Below, piece by piece: positions 1 to 12,860 of a DNA stretch of 64,000 nt (positions within the stretch are counted from its first letter, which is position 1; every line of letters begins with the position of its first letter). Source of the DNA: Callorhinchus milii (lineage: Eukaryota); the NCBI RefSeq assembly GCF_018977255.1, contig NW_024704743.1, forward strand, positions 76,510,001 through 76,574,000, in the 5' to 3' direction. The position numbers and the translations under genes are program-made. The notes under the pieces are model-generated. The model was given only the letters and a program-made list of their open reading frames with translations, was not told the origin of the DNA and did not search any database.

Positions 1-2004
1 CACGTTTTTTAAATCCAAGTTCATTTTTAAATCTGAACAGTTTTTTTTGGCTTTGTAAACCTTTTCTATTGAATAAATACCCTTGTGTTTGGTAGCCTTT
101 GTGTATGATTTCTTTTCTGTGATCTGTGTGGTCTGCACCATTGATTTTTCGGGAAGGAGGAAAATTAGATTAATTATTTTAAAAACTTCCTTTTTCAAAA
201 ACTGGATTTTTTTCAGGTGTGCATTAGTTTTTGGTCATGAATAGTATACAAGGATGTGGACAATTTAATTTTAATTAAAGGATATGACACAATCAACATT
301 ACGAGAGGAGGCACTCCAGGTATCTTAGTAGGAACTATGCTTCAGAAGTTATCTTGTGGAAGATACCCACTGTAGTGATGACTATTTCTTACTGTGCAGA
401 ACACCAACTAAAGTCGGGGGGTGGGAGGCAGTTACTCGCAAGAAGATGGTTAGCTTGAAATTCTCCCATTGTACATTTAGATTATCAATATATCTCCTGA
501 TTTTTTTTAGCCGTGTGTTTTTTTTATTGGGGGGGAGGGTGGGGGGTGCGGAGATCCTACGTCTTAACAGTAGTAACATTCCCCAAGTGTGCTGACATCA
601 TAGGGCCCAGACTTCGAACTTCTTATCTTGAGCAGCAAAGTAAAAATTACAGAGCTGAAATGGCTAAGTTTAATCAACAATAGGTATATCTACATTATTG
701 CACACCTTTTCAGAATACGATAATTGACAAAAATAGCCAGAACTATTGGAAGCATTGAAGCATCAAATTTGATCAAACATGTTCAATTGTATATCGTTTC
801 TCAGGTCAATATTTTTTGACATAAATTTTTCATTGGAGTGGAAACCCAGCCCCATGAAAACCAAGTCTTCAATCAACGTATTGAGAATTCCACTTAGTTT
901 GGTTTGCAGTTTTTTTTATATAGATATACCTGGTTTACCTAATCCCAGAGAATAGCGATACACTTTGACAGCCAGGGTGCATTTGGATACTGACAGACTT
1001 TAGCTAGCTTAAACTGCACATCTTACTATTACAAACATTGGCAAGCTTCCCGTTACTTGTTCACCTTATCAGCTGTGCTTTGGCTTGCAAAGACAGGCTA
1101 ACAGGTTCATCATCAATATTGCACCACATATATTTCATCAAGAATTAATAGCTTTCAGTGTTTTAATTGAATGGCTATACATCCTTTCCCCTGACAATTG
1201 ATACATTCTGTAATTCAACAGTAAGTTTTGATAACGATTGGACAAATTCTTGTTTGAATGTCCACCCTGATAATTATAGTTCAGGTTATTTGAGCAGAGG
1301 GCTGTATTGATGCATTGAAACATAAAAATGACTTCTCTTAAAGCAATAGAAACCAACAATGTTCAATATTTAAAACAAATATCAAAGAAATAAGCAGTGG
1401 ACATGTGAGAAATACTGTACATAAAAAACTACAGGAATTTCAGCTTTTTACAACTTTTTCTTTGAAGTACATTATCAAAGGTAACTCACATTCACTCAGA
1501 ACTATCTACAGCTGATTAAGCTTTTGAAACACTTAAATGGAGAACTCTGAATGCTCACCCCTTAGACATGACAACTTGTGATTTACTTGTTCCTAACAGC
1601 TGATTAGAGGCACTCAGCAAATCAGGTTTACAATAATCTTGGAATCACATTAAACACCACAGACATTTTTTAAAACTCAAAAGATTTTAAACTATAACAT
1701 TTAATTAAATTTAGTTGTGTAAATCTGTGAAGCAGGCCTTTGGCTTTACAGTCCTGATTGTGTTAAAAAGGACAGGTTAAAATACTGGACAGGTAAAATT
1801 CTGCTTATTCATTGTGCAAACCATCTACCTTTGCCTACTTTAGTGAAAAAATGTCCCAGAGCACATCCATTTTTTAATTTACGAGTGAGCAATACATTCA
1901 GTAAAAAGGTTGGATTTTTTTTAAAACATAAGATTTCCTTTAAGAATATAGAGTAGCCGCTGAATTGAAGCTCCAGTCATGGGTGAGCACCTTTAGTCTT
2001 CACA

Positions 2005-2106
2005 TTACAGAATCTTCTGAAGAATAGCATTGGGCAGATCCAATGTACCTTCTCTTACAAGGACAATGTCATAAGAGTTCATGTACGTATCTAAACTTTC
2101 TTCCAC
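2005..2106 (-). CDS. NT5C3A: NT5C3A last coding exon
   Basis: 102 nt, VEESLDTYMNSYDIVLVREGTLDLPNAILQKIL-stop; the nine exons sum to 996 nt = 331 aa plus stop. Confidence 0.95.
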   Translation of the reverse strand: MEESLDTYMNSYDIVLVREGTLDLPNAILQKIL

Positions 2107-2819
2107 CTGTAGGTTTAAAGAGAACAAAAATTTAGGTTGTGCATTTATAAGATCCATTCGGAGGTGTCGGACATAACAGTACTGTAAGCTAACAGTGACC
2201 ACCAGCGACCCCTTGCTAGCCCTTCATGTGTTCAGTTGGATCATGGTATGCATGTCAGCTTTTGACTAGTAATGTTTTTACTGAAATGGAAATCAACCAA
2301 TTAAGGCTATTTTTCTACAAAACAAAAGGGCATAATCAAAATTAGAACTATGATAGTTAGAAATGAGATTAGAGATATGAAGGAATATAAAGAATAAATG
2401 GGATTAAAATATCTGTCAAGATGTAATAAAATGACAGAACAGATTTGAAGGCTGAATGGCCCAGTCCTATTCCTATGCTTGACCACGTTGAGTCATCCTA
2501 GGGTATACATCAAAATATTTATATTGGTTACCCGATCCCTCTGAAATTTAATGTTTAAAACAAAAAAAATCAGAGCAAGGAGTATCATCAAATAGTCAAT
2601 AAGGGGTGGTGATAGCTGTGAAAAAGGTGGCCAACATTCAATGATGAAGATACCAATCAAAATAATTGCTATTGTCACTGCAATCAGACCAGCTTCAGCA
2701 GCGGCAGTCACAGAATCTCACTCAGAACAACTTTAGCACAACAGCTACCACCACAACCACCAACTTGCATTCATCTAGCAAGACAGTGCCTTGGGAGTTT
2801 TGCAAAGTAATACAGGAAA

Positions 2820-3030
2820 TACAGTAAACTCTAGATAAGTCGACCCTGGCTTAATCCATCTTTATCACTATATTGAAGTCACGTCTTCAATATCCTGACG
2901 GCTTTCCATTTAAACCATTGATGAGGATTTGCTCGTCATTTAACATATAACTTGTCACATTTGTAGAAATTCTTGTAAGTATTTCAATGTAAAATTGATT
3001 GGATAATTCGTCCTATAAACAATGGTGAGG
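2820..3030 (+). mobile_element. Possible Tigger/pogo-like DNA transposon end
   Basis: TA followed by CAGTAAACTCTAGATAAGTCGAC, typical of Tigger-type termini; matching right end not found. Confidence 0.35.
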
Positions 3031-3459
3031 GAAGATGGTGGGGCTCATGCTAGCATCATTGCATCCCAATATATTATAATTTAATATTATTATTGCATCA
3101 TAGAGGCCTCTGATCTATTGGAAGGTCTGTCTGTGGCCTGTTACTGGTGCAGGGGCTTGGCAGAGGTTGGTCGTGCATGCGCAGTGAGTGGAAGCTGGCT
3201 GAATGAGCAAGAAAACGCAGCTTCAAGGGGTTTGTCAGAGAGGAGCCAGCATCATAACAGAATAAGGTGAGTACCAATGGCTCTGTGAGTAAGGGCTGCT
3301 GGACTGAGTTTGTTCATCAAATTATCCAACAGCATTTATGAGGGTTTATTTATTGTAACTTAAAAGACTGGCAACACTGAATTGTATATAGATAGGCAAA
3401 AAGCACATCTATTGATGACTCGTCACATTGGATAATTCATCATTGGATCCTTTTACCTT

Positions 3460-3997
3460 GGAGTGGCTGCAGATCATCCAGAACTCTGCCACCTGTGCCC
3501 TCTCCCGCACCAGGCTCCACGACCCTATCACCCCCATCCTCACCCCGGCTCTACTGGCTCCCCATCACTTAGAGGATTCAGTTCAAGATCCTGGGCCTCA
3601 CCTTCAAAGCCCTCCATGGCTTGGTCCTCCCTACCTCTTTGACCTCCTTGCCCCCTACCAATCTGTCCTCTTCCTCCGCTCAGCAGACTTCGGCCTGCTT
3701 AACGTTCCCCACCTTGCCTGCTTCACCATTGGCAGGCAGGACTTCAGCTTCCCTACTCCCATCCTCTGGAACTTCAACCCACAGTCCCTCTGCCTCGCCC
3801 CCTCCTTTGCCTCCTTCATGACCCATCTCAAGACCCTCCTCTTCGACCGTGCCTTCGGTCGCCCATCTACTCCTAACCTCCCTCCACCCCTCCTAATCCC
3901 AACCCCCAGCTCGGGTGAGGATCCCTGACTGTCCAGAGCCTTGGGACATCCTACTGACATGAAAGGAACGATACAAATGTAATTTGTTGTTGTTGTT
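3460..3997 (+). mobile_element. L2-clade LINE 3' fragment (family A)
   Basis: LQIIQNSA...HITP.L/LWN.LP-type ORF2 C-terminus with frameshifts; tail ATACAAATGTAATTT(GTT)n. Confidence 0.85.
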
Positions 3998-4265
3998 GGA
4001 GTCACCAGTCAGTTATTGTAAGATAAAATACTTACATTTAACAAATAGGAGTTTCAATTCCAAGACAATACTGCTATAACAAGTGCATAAATGTAATGGT
4101 TAATGAAATGTTGCTGGTTTAATCAATCATTTAGTACTGAATATTTCTACTTGTGTTTTTTTTAAAAATCTGTGAGAAAATACTCCTGCAGAATTCACTA
4201 AAATCTTGACAGATTTTCACTTGCTCTGGTTATTGAACACAGTCATTTTTCATAGAATTTCCTAC

Positions 4266-4466
4266 TTTGTCATTCAAGAATCCAATCTTGAGAATGCTTT
4301 CAATATTCTGGACGCCATCTGCCATACTCAAGTCTCCAAGTGAATCTCCAAGAAGAATGACGTTGCAATTCTCCTTCAGGTGGTTGAAGTACTCAGTGTT
4401 TCTCAGGGCACCATCATGTTTATTATAAACATGGATGAGCTCACCTTTAAAACCTTTCAGAACACC
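4266..4466 (-). CDS. NT5C3A: NT5C3A exon 8 (HAD motifs [15 protein letters not shown])
   Basis: 201 nt, [27 protein letters not shown]...[15 protein letters not shown]...[17 protein letters not shown]. Confidence 0.95.
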
Positions 4467-4786
4467 CTGAAACATAAAGGTGTGAAGCACAGATTCAAAT
4501 AATATGTCACAAAGGAATTAATAAAAGTCTATTCAGCAGTAACAAGTATGAAAAAAGTTGCCTTGCAATTGACCCAGAATGATGCAGCTTTACTCCACTT
4601 AGCTTTTACGGTACAAAGAGCGTTCTTTGAGATGACACAAAAATACTCATATATCTTAATTTGCAAAATAAAGGCTGTGATATGCGCAGAATTATTACTA
4701 GTCCTGCTGCAAAGAATTTTTACAATATTTTAAAAAATTACAGAATAAAATGTCTTCTTGCAAAGTCTCACTTAAGGCTAACTTAC

Positions 4787-4949
4787 AGTTTCATCAAAGT
4801 CCATGAAGTTGGAGACGACTTTTAAATTAGAGTAGAAGACTCCAGCCTGTGTCATAATCTCCTTGAGTACATCGCCAATGCCAGCTGAGAATATGAACAC
4901 TGGGACGTTGTGTTCATTCAATTTATCCAAGAACAGATCATAACCATCT
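4787..4949 (-). CDS. NT5C3A: NT5C3A exon 7 (HAD motif II, FSAG)
   Basis: 163 nt, [63 protein letters not shown]. Confidence 0.95.
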
Positions 4950-5949
4950 CTGGAATGGACAACATGTTTTAAGTTCACAAAGCAGAAAATACTCATATCA
5001 AATGTGCTCAACAATAATTAACTTTCAACGAGCCAATTACAGGTCATATGTTGAATCACAGGAAATGCCTAGCATTTGAATTTTTAGCGTGCCCTATAAT
5101 GAAATGCCTCAAAGTACTTCAAAGATAAATATTGTCAAGTATAATGACTGTTTTTGTATATAAATATGCTAGCCATTTGTATACAGCAAATTCCGACCAA
5201 ACAACCATAAGGTGAATAACAACTCATCAATCAAGATGATTGTTTGCTAGGACACAAGAGAAACTTTCATCTTTTCAAAACATTTCATAGGATCTTTAAT
5301 TTCTACCCGAAGAACAGGCAGACAGGACATCAATTTAAAGTCTTAATGAAAATTATACCTCTGACGACGCACCACTCCCCTGTACTGCACTGGAGTATAA
5401 AACTAGATTATAAACTCAAATTCTGCAGTGGGACTTGAACCCACAATCTCAGAGCCGAATATGGTTTTGAAGCTCACCAACCAGCTCTATTTAATTTGAA
5501 GACACATTTACATCATCCCTAGAAAGTAAAAGTCATGCACCTAAAGTTCATGACTTGCCATTTATATCGCAATATTGTGCCGAATTTGGAACGTTAGGAT
5601 GCCAGAACATTAATTACATGAAAACTCTTTGTTCAGAAAGTAGTGAGTGTTTATTTGAACTGATTATATGTTAAGCATGAATAAAGTAAAATCAAACTGC
5701 ACATTTCAACTGTTGAAACATACTAAAACTTCCCAATTTCCAGGGTTGGAGGTTATTCAACCATCAAATATTGGTGGTGGATCAGATTAGACGCAAATGG
5801 ACAACCATAAATTTCAATAAAGTCTAAAAATATCACCACATCCATACTTTTCAGTGTATAAAAGTTCTAAAAATAATTAGAATTTCTTCAGCTTTGTACT
5901 AAGAAGTGCATCTCCACTCCTTCCAAATAATTTGTTAGTCTTTTAGTAC

Positions 5950-6039
5950 CTCAGCATGACATCAGATTCTCTTACAACGTCAGCCAGTTCCTCTTTTTGA
6001 ATACCTTGTTCGATTAGCAAATTGTGGCCTTTTGTCCAC
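5950..6039 (-). CDS. NT5C3A: NT5C3A exon 6
   Basis: 90 nt, (W)WTKGHNLLIEQGIQKEELADVVRESDVML(R); AG/GT boundaries. Confidence 0.93.
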
Positions 6040-6446
6040 CTAGAAGAAGGCATTTATTTTGAAATCAGCTGGAGCAAAGCAGACAAAACAGGTATGAAAT
6101 AAATCTTTTAAGCATTAATCAAAGACTTCACAATAGCAACCAGATATTTACATGCAAAAGTGAGATATGAATATTTAGGCACATATCTTCTATAAAGACT
6201 GATTTATGCTGCATTTAAAACGAACTGTATCAATAATTGAACACATTAAATGTTGAAGGATGACTAGGCTTTTTTTNAGAAGAAATATGTTCCACACCAT
6301 AAAGATAGTGGGCTTAAATTCTATAGGAAGTAAGACTTGAACCCATCTGCTAGCGTTTACTTTAGACAAGATACTATGTGGGGACTGCTATCTCAAGAAA
6401 ATAACCTGCTGAAATAATACTTGTACGAAGAACTTATCCACACCAT

Positions 6447-6865
6447 AATGTCCTGTAGCTTAGTAGTTAGAGTACTCGACTTGGGAGGGCCTGGGTTCGA
6501 TTCAACAACAACAACTTGGATTTATATAGTGCCCTCCACTCTGGATGGCGTCTCAGAGCGATTCCTGGGCAGGGTGAAACATTGGGCAAGTTTTCTTGCT
6601 CCACACGCCTCTTTTTACTTAGCAATAAGTAGAAACCCGGTAGATAGTCGATTGGCAGATCACTTTTCCGGGGGTAATAATCCCTTTTTTAAAAAAAATG
6701 TGGTCACTCAATTCATGACTGTTTGTGGGACACTGCTTTACTCAATTACTGCTGCTTTTTGCCCGCTAATACAGTCAATTCACTTTACAGTATATTCTGT
6801 GAAGCACTTTGAGATGTCTCAAAGAAGTGATAAGGCACTATATCAAATGCAGGGATTATTATATT
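6447..6865 (+). mobile_element. tRNA-derived SINE (long form) with a reverse L2 3'-end insert at ~6504-6560
   Basis: Degenerate A/B boxes, family core GTTTGTGGGACACTGCT, tail TATCAAATGCAGGGATTATT. Confidence 0.8.
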
Positions 6866-8097
6866 AACACAGACTATACAATAATTATAATTTGACTGAT
6901 AAAGAGAGACATAATTTGGGCACCACAGCAAACCTGAGTACTAAGTCAGTGGTAGAATATAGGTTCAATTACCCCAAACTACTGTATACCCAATTCTAGG
7001 AATGTGTCACTGAGTTCATACTGAACGTAAGAGAATAGAAAAAGAACAAAATACAGAAGGTCCAAGTTACTCTTATTTGCTCCTCTAGCACCTGGCTCAG
7101 AACTACCCTGGTAGACTGAGAAGTTGTCACTTTCTGAAAGTTTGTGCACATAGCAGTGAGAAAAATGGAGAATCTATCTTCCATTTAATGACATTTCCTA
7201 GTATATAAATACATTTCCTAGTCTTAGTTTATCTGAATATGTTGTGAACTAAATTCAAACCCATACCCACATTGTTAAACAGGGCCCTGATGCAATGGTT
7301 AAAGAGCAGGAAGTGTAACCCTTGACAATTCAATTCATTTAAAGCAAAATAAATGCAACATAATAACATTGTTAATATTTTTAAAATGAAACATAAAACT
7401 GCAATTTTGTTTCTACGGAATTCTAAGAAGAAAAGCAGTAACAATTATTTCATTTAATATAATGCCTATGTCAAAATATCTCAAAAATCATCACAGGAAA
7501 CTGATGTCAAATATAGTGCTTCTGTATTTATTGGCAAATGTGGCAGTAATTTGCACATAAAAATGTCCCACAAACAGCCATGAAGTGAATGGCCAATTTA
7601 GCAGGAGGATTGTTGACCAGGAAATCTCCAATCTCTTTGGAAGCAACATGGGACCTTTAACATCTATGTGAACAGGCAGATGGGACCTTGGTTTAACATT
7701 TCAAAGAGTACATAGTAAACAGCACACAAAATTAAATTAACTTTTGATGAGTTATTTTTCCGAGAGGATGGGCAACTAATTTAGTGTTAAAGCAAACTCC
7801 TTCCTCAAATGACTAAAGAACCACGGTGTCTTTGCATATAATGCAAAAACACCAAATCAAAATTTAAGGATTATAATATAATTGCGTCAATCCAACTAAC
7901 TTTGAGGGTTATTACTGAAGAAATAATACTGCTTAATATAAAAAGAGAAAAAATACTTTAAATTGGGCTTTGCAGCACAAATCAGAGAATATCTAGTTGT
8001 TCGACATATAATGAACATAAAAGGATACATATTTTGTTTTTCAGAACCATATTTTATAGTTCAAGGAAGATTGCATAGATGTAGTATTGGGACTTAC

Positions 8098-8183
8098 CAT
8101 TCAACCATGAAAGGGTACTTTTCCTCAGTAGTAAGGGCAGGATCGATTTCAATAGGATAGTATTTATCCCTAATTTGGAACAA
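8098..8183 (-). CDS. NT5C3A: NT5C3A exon 5
   Basis: 86 nt, LFQIRDKYYPIEIDPALTTEEKYPFMVE(W); TAG acceptor, GTAAGT donor; preceded by a 74-nt intron. Confidence 0.93.
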
Positions 8184-8257
8184 CTATGATACAGAAAAAC
8201 ACAAATGAAAAATGAAAGCACGACAAATGAAAAACATTTTCTCTTTTTAAAAAGTAC

Positions 8258-8304
8258 CTTTTTTCTGCACTCCTCTGTGATTAACTTGCAGTTGTCAATG
8301 AGGT
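8258..8304 (-). CDS. NT5C3A: NT5C3A exon 4
   Basis: 47 nt, (N)LIDNCKLITEECRKK; AG/GT boundaries, phase consistent. Confidence 0.93.
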
Positions 8305-9069
8305 CTGTCAAAATAAACAATTTTGGAAATTAAACACATAAATACTTGATATCCAGAAGAGGTGACAACTCTTTTTTCATTGTTCACATTCTGACTGTTT
8401 ATTTACAAGTTTTGCATTAATATTACATTCCACATTCAAATACAACTAAAGTAAATGTTATCAAGAGTGATCACAGACTCAAAACTACAGAAATCAAACA
8501 TATATAAATGACAGTATTTTTTAATATGATGATGGCCTTAAGACATACTTCAACTAGAGAAAAATGACTTTCAAAAAAACTCCAAAAATGAAAAGGATGC
8601 ACTTTCTGATACTAAGCCTAGCAAGGACTTGTGGTCAATCACAGTTCAAATAATTATACTCCTTGCAATGGATTTAGTGCCTTATCATGTTGTTAGGATA
8701 TCTCAAAATGCTTTCACAGGACGTGCTGTAAAATGGAGTGACTGTGTAATGATTTCAGTCAAGGCAGTAATGAGGATATTACATTTGACCTCACCTGCTG
8801 TCGTTTTAAGCATATGTTAAGTCTCTAGACAGTACCTGCTTTGAGCGTGAGTCATGGCACAGACTAGCTAAAGTGGAATTATTAGTTCTTCATTTGGCAT
8901 GGGATTATTCATATGCCGAGTCAATTTTTTTTGCATAGTATCTAGCAGTCTGAAGGCATTAAGAATACTTTACAGTTATAAAGCACCCTTCACGCGTGGC
9001 AACATCTCAAGAGCATGAAGCGCCATTAAATCTGGTCATAAAATGTTGCCACCATATTGAAGTACCTAC

Positions 9070-9139
9070 TATGACAAGTTGGGCACCTTTTTCCATTGTG
9101 AGAGAATTTGCTTAATGTCATATCAAAATCAGTGATTAT
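9070..9139 (-). CDS. NT5C3A: NT5C3A exon 3 (HAD motif I, DFDMT)
   Basis: 70 nt, [31 protein letters not shown] boundaries. Confidence 0.95.
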
Positions 9140-9690
9140 CTGTAATATATGAAATAAAAAAATCAATTAGATATATACTGGGAGAACTTTAAACCCAAAT
9201 ATTAGAGAATCCTGTACAGCAAGAATCACAGGTTAATACAGTGAGAAAACATTATACTGTTTCATTATAGCATTCAATATTTAAGCAAGCACATTTCAAC
9301 TAAGTTTATATTTGAAAATATTGGAATGAACTTAGTTATGCAACACTGCAAAAATTGAAACAATAGGGACAATGTTTCATAAATATGTATTTTTTTCCAA
9401 TTTGCTTTGACTTGAGCAATTGAATTTCCATCCTTACACATTGCTTTTAATCATGTTTTGGAATACAAAAACAACATCCACCGCAACCTTACAACCCAAA
9501 AGTTGGCTATTTTTGTAATCTGAAACCTTGCTAAAAGATAAAACAAATCAAGGTAAAGCAAACGTCAATATCATCCGTTTAAAAAAAGTGTTGTTAAAAA
9601 CATTGAAGTCAGGAAAGATCATTTATCAGCCATAGTTCATGAATTACATTTTGAACATGAAATGTTCAGTCTCATCAGAATATTGCTTAC

Positions 9691-9789
9691 TTGAAGTTTA
9701 GAAGCTCCTCCTTTGATGAGACCACAGATGATCTCTTCTACTCTCTCAGGGTCCTTAATATGGACAGATTTTTTCTGGAACTCTGGCAT
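9691..9789 (-). CDS. NT5C3A: NT5C3A exon 2
   Basis: 99 nt, [35 protein letters not shown] acceptor, GTAAGC donor. Confidence 0.95.
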
Positions 9790-10339
9790 CTACGAGAAAT
9801 GCAATTAATATGAGTCACTCTAAAGATGCCTTTTTAAATATACATTTGCCTCCGTATGGATATTCAGTAGTATATAAAATGTTTTAAAAAATTAAAAAAT
9901 GCTTCAACAGATGTGCTATTTTGCAGGGGAATTATGACTACAGGGGAAATCGTTGGCTAGTTCAACTAATTCAGCCAATGTGTTACAAGAGGTTTTTAAA
10001 AATGATGAATTCTAGGTCGTCACTTCCTGCAGGAATTGCCATTGATGTAATTTGCTTTGTGATGGGATGTCAGTGACAACCGGACAATTCAGAAGTCAGC
10101 CATTTTTAGTGCCAGATACTGAGTATACAATAATTGCTTGGCACCAGACCTGGGGAGCAAAGAAGCGGGAAGAGAAAGATGACCGAAAACTCAGTCAAAA
10201 AGGTAGGTCTTAAGAACAAGGTGAGGGAAGAAGCGAATCAGAGGAACTTAGTGATATAGTTCTAGAGAGTGGGGCAGATAGGCTGAAGGCCTATATAATG
10301 CAAGTAAACAATTTTGTTTAAAAAGACTTTGAGCACACA

Positions 10340-10700
10340 AGTGTACATTATTCAAGGCTTTCAAGGCCCTCATACCTACCTCTGTGACCTGCTGACCCCA
10401 TATCAACCTGTCCGCTCAGCATGCTGTGGCCTGCTCCACGTCCCCACCTGGCCCACGCCACCTTGAGCCTTTCTGCCCCCACCCTTTAGAACTCCATCCC
10501 ACATTCCCTTTGCCTTGCTCCCTCCCTTGCCTTCTTTAAGGCATGTCTCTAAAAACCCTCTTCTTCAACCGCGCCTTCAGCCACCCTCCTACCCTCCCTG
10601 ATCCTGATCCTCAGTTTGGGTCCAAATTCCTGACTGTCCAGCACCTTGGGACATCCTCCCGATGTGAAAGGCGCTATACAAATGTAATTTTGTATTGCAA
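10340..10700 (+). mobile_element. L2 3' fragment (family A)
   Basis: Same tail TTGGGACATCCTCCCGATGTGAAAGGCGCTATACAAATGTAATT. Confidence 0.8.
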
Positions 10701-10916
10701 TTACCCTGTGCACTAATTTTAAAAAATATATCTGGCATCCAATTCAATTTCAATTTTATCAAGTTCCACAACAAATGATGCAACACATAAACTGTGCCTG
10801 AAGAGGATAGTACTGCCTTCATAATACTGAACACTGTGAGACAAACAAGTGACATACTTCCAAGGTTTAAAACATTGAACCGATCAGGATAAGCTAAGTT
10901 TTAGCACAAGGCCTAT

Positions 10917-11298
10917 GGAGTATTGTAGTGTACTCCTGTTGTGCAGTGGTTAGCATGCTCGCCTCGTAAGCAAGAGGACCCCGGCTTGGTTCCCAAACAG
11001 GACGAAATGTTAGGCAAGTTTCCATACACCACAAGTCTGTTTACCTAGCAGTAAGTAGGAACCTGGTTGTTAGTTGATTGGCGGATCGCTTTTCCGGGGG
11101 TAATAATGTCTTCAAAAAAATAATTTGGTCACTCAATCTACGACGGTTTATGGGACACTGCTCTGCAGAATTGGCTGCTGCATTTCGCCCACAAATACAG
11201 TTAATTCACTTTGCAGTATATTTTGTGAAGTGCTTTGAGATGTCTAGAAGACGTGATAAGGCGCTATATCAAATGCAAGAATTATTATTATTATTATT
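10917..11298 (+). mobile_element. tRNA-derived SINE (long form)
   Basis: tRNA-like head, internal TTTACCTAGCAGTAAGTAGGAACC block, (TTA)n tail. Confidence 0.85.
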
Positions 11299-11535
11299 AG
11301 AAAGTCAGGGAAAGTAACCATGCTACAGCAAATCCAATAATATGATGCAATAATTTTCATCTGGAGGAAATGTTTGGCATTAGCAAGCTGCTGGTACAAA
11401 TCCCTGCTAACTGTATTAGCAACTTATACTGCATTGAACTATAAATGAAGGCTCTTGAAAGCTCCCAACAGAGAATTAAAGTTGCTTCCACAAGAACATT
11501 TTAGATCCAGTTTCCTGTTGCAGATAACTTTCTGT

Positions 11536-11836
11536 GGAATCCTGTAGCTCAGCGGTTAGAGCACTCGCCTTGCAAGCGAGACACCTGGGTTCAATTCCAG
11601 GCAGGGCAAAACGTTGTGCAAGTTTCCTTTCTCCACACGCCTAATAATAATCCCTCCAAAAAACAAAAACAATAATAAATTGGTCATTTTCAATCCACGA
11701 CTGTTTGTGGGACACTGCTGTGCGCAATTGGCTGCCCACAAATGTACAGTCAATTCACTTTACAGCATACTCTGTGAAGCGCTTTGAGAAGTCTAGAAGA
11801 CGTGAAAAGTGCTATATCAAATGCAAGGATTATTAT
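11536..11836 (+). mobile_element. tRNA-derived SINE (short form)
   Basis: TAGCTCAGCGGTTAGAGC A-box, GGTTCAATTCC B-box, family core and tail. Confidence 0.9.
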
Positions 11837-12571
11837 TTAGGATTATTCTGACCTTTGTCTCTCACAAATCACAATTCTGGCCGCTCCCCCACCCCCTCAC
11901 TTCCCCATAGTTCAGTGACTCACCCCCACTTCCACTTATTTTCTGCCTGCCCCTCAGCTGAGCCACTCACCCCATTCTCTCCCCCTCCGCAGCCTCGTCA
12001 CTCACCCCTCCCCAGTCCCCTCACTTCCGCTGCCCCTCACCCCATTCGGCCAATAATTCTCATGCAGCCCCTACGTCCGAACCACTGACCCTCACCCCCT
12101 CTGCTTTGTACGCTGCGTGCAATTGGCTACAGCAACTGGCATTTATTTGCACAGCGTTCCTCGCCCTGGGTAGCATCCCAGAGTGCTCGACCGCGGCGCA
12201 GCGCGATGCCGAGCCGAGAGGCGACAGTAGGAAAGCCTTCCGGCGCGACGTGAGGACGGGGAAGGAAGCGGCCGCAGGCGGAGGGAGAGAGGAAGCGTGT
12301 CCCAAGCCTTTCGTTGACGAAATGCCGTCGCTCCACTTTACAGCGCGTTCCGCGAAGCGATCTGAGACATCTCAACAATGTGATACGGTTCTATATCAAA
12401 TGCAGGATTATTATTATTATTATTATTATTATTATCCTCTCTCGGTGTCTCAGACACTCACCTCCAACGGTGGAGCCCCTCAGCACTGCCCCCTCAGCAC
12501 TGCCCCCCCCCCCACCCCCCGGGGCTGACAGTGAAGGCCGCCCTCCCACACAGCCACCCGCCCCGACTCAC

Positions 12572-12709
12572 CATCTCGATGATCTTGGTCTTGCGGCCGG
12601 CTTTCTTCTTCATGGTGAAGATGTACTGGGCCAACACGGCGCCCCCGAACACGGCGCAGACCCCGGCGCCGGCCGCCGCCCCGAGCTTCGCAACCGCCAC
12701 CCGGTCCAT
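12572..12709 (-). CDS. NT5C3A: Cytosolic 5'-nucleotidase 3A, coding exon 1 (hydrophobic N-terminal extension)
   Basis: Translates MDRVAVAKLGAAAGAGVCAVFGGAVLAQYIFTMKKKAGRKTKIIEM, matching the long NT5C3A N-terminus; ATG at 12709; GTGAGT donor at 12571; in CpG island. Confidence 0.95.
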
Positions 12710-12860
12710 GCGGCCGCGCCTGCGCACTGCCCGGCACTGCCCCGCCAATGTCGGCGCGACCTCGCCTGGTGCGCACGCGCAGACGCTGCTGCCTCTCCCG
12801 GTCCCCCCCCCCCCGGGGGCTGCAGTGACGTCAGCAGTGGGCGGGTGTTCACGCCAATCG
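12710..12860 (-). promoter_or_regulatory. NT5C3A CpG-island promoter / 5' UTR
   Basis: CpG-rich; NRF1-like TGCGCACGCGCA 12770-12781, CRE TGACGTCA 12826-12833, GC box GGGCGGG 12839-12845, CCAAT 12854-12858. Confidence 0.75.

Noticed and set aside
60..130. Plus-strand AATAAA (72-77) with GT-rich downstream sequence, possibly the 3' end of a neighbouring gene such as FKBP9
   Set aside because: Common hexamer in AT-rich DNA and no coding exon in the window to support it
6277..6277. Single ambiguous base n
   Set aside because: Assembly ambiguity at the end of a T run in an intron; no biological meaning
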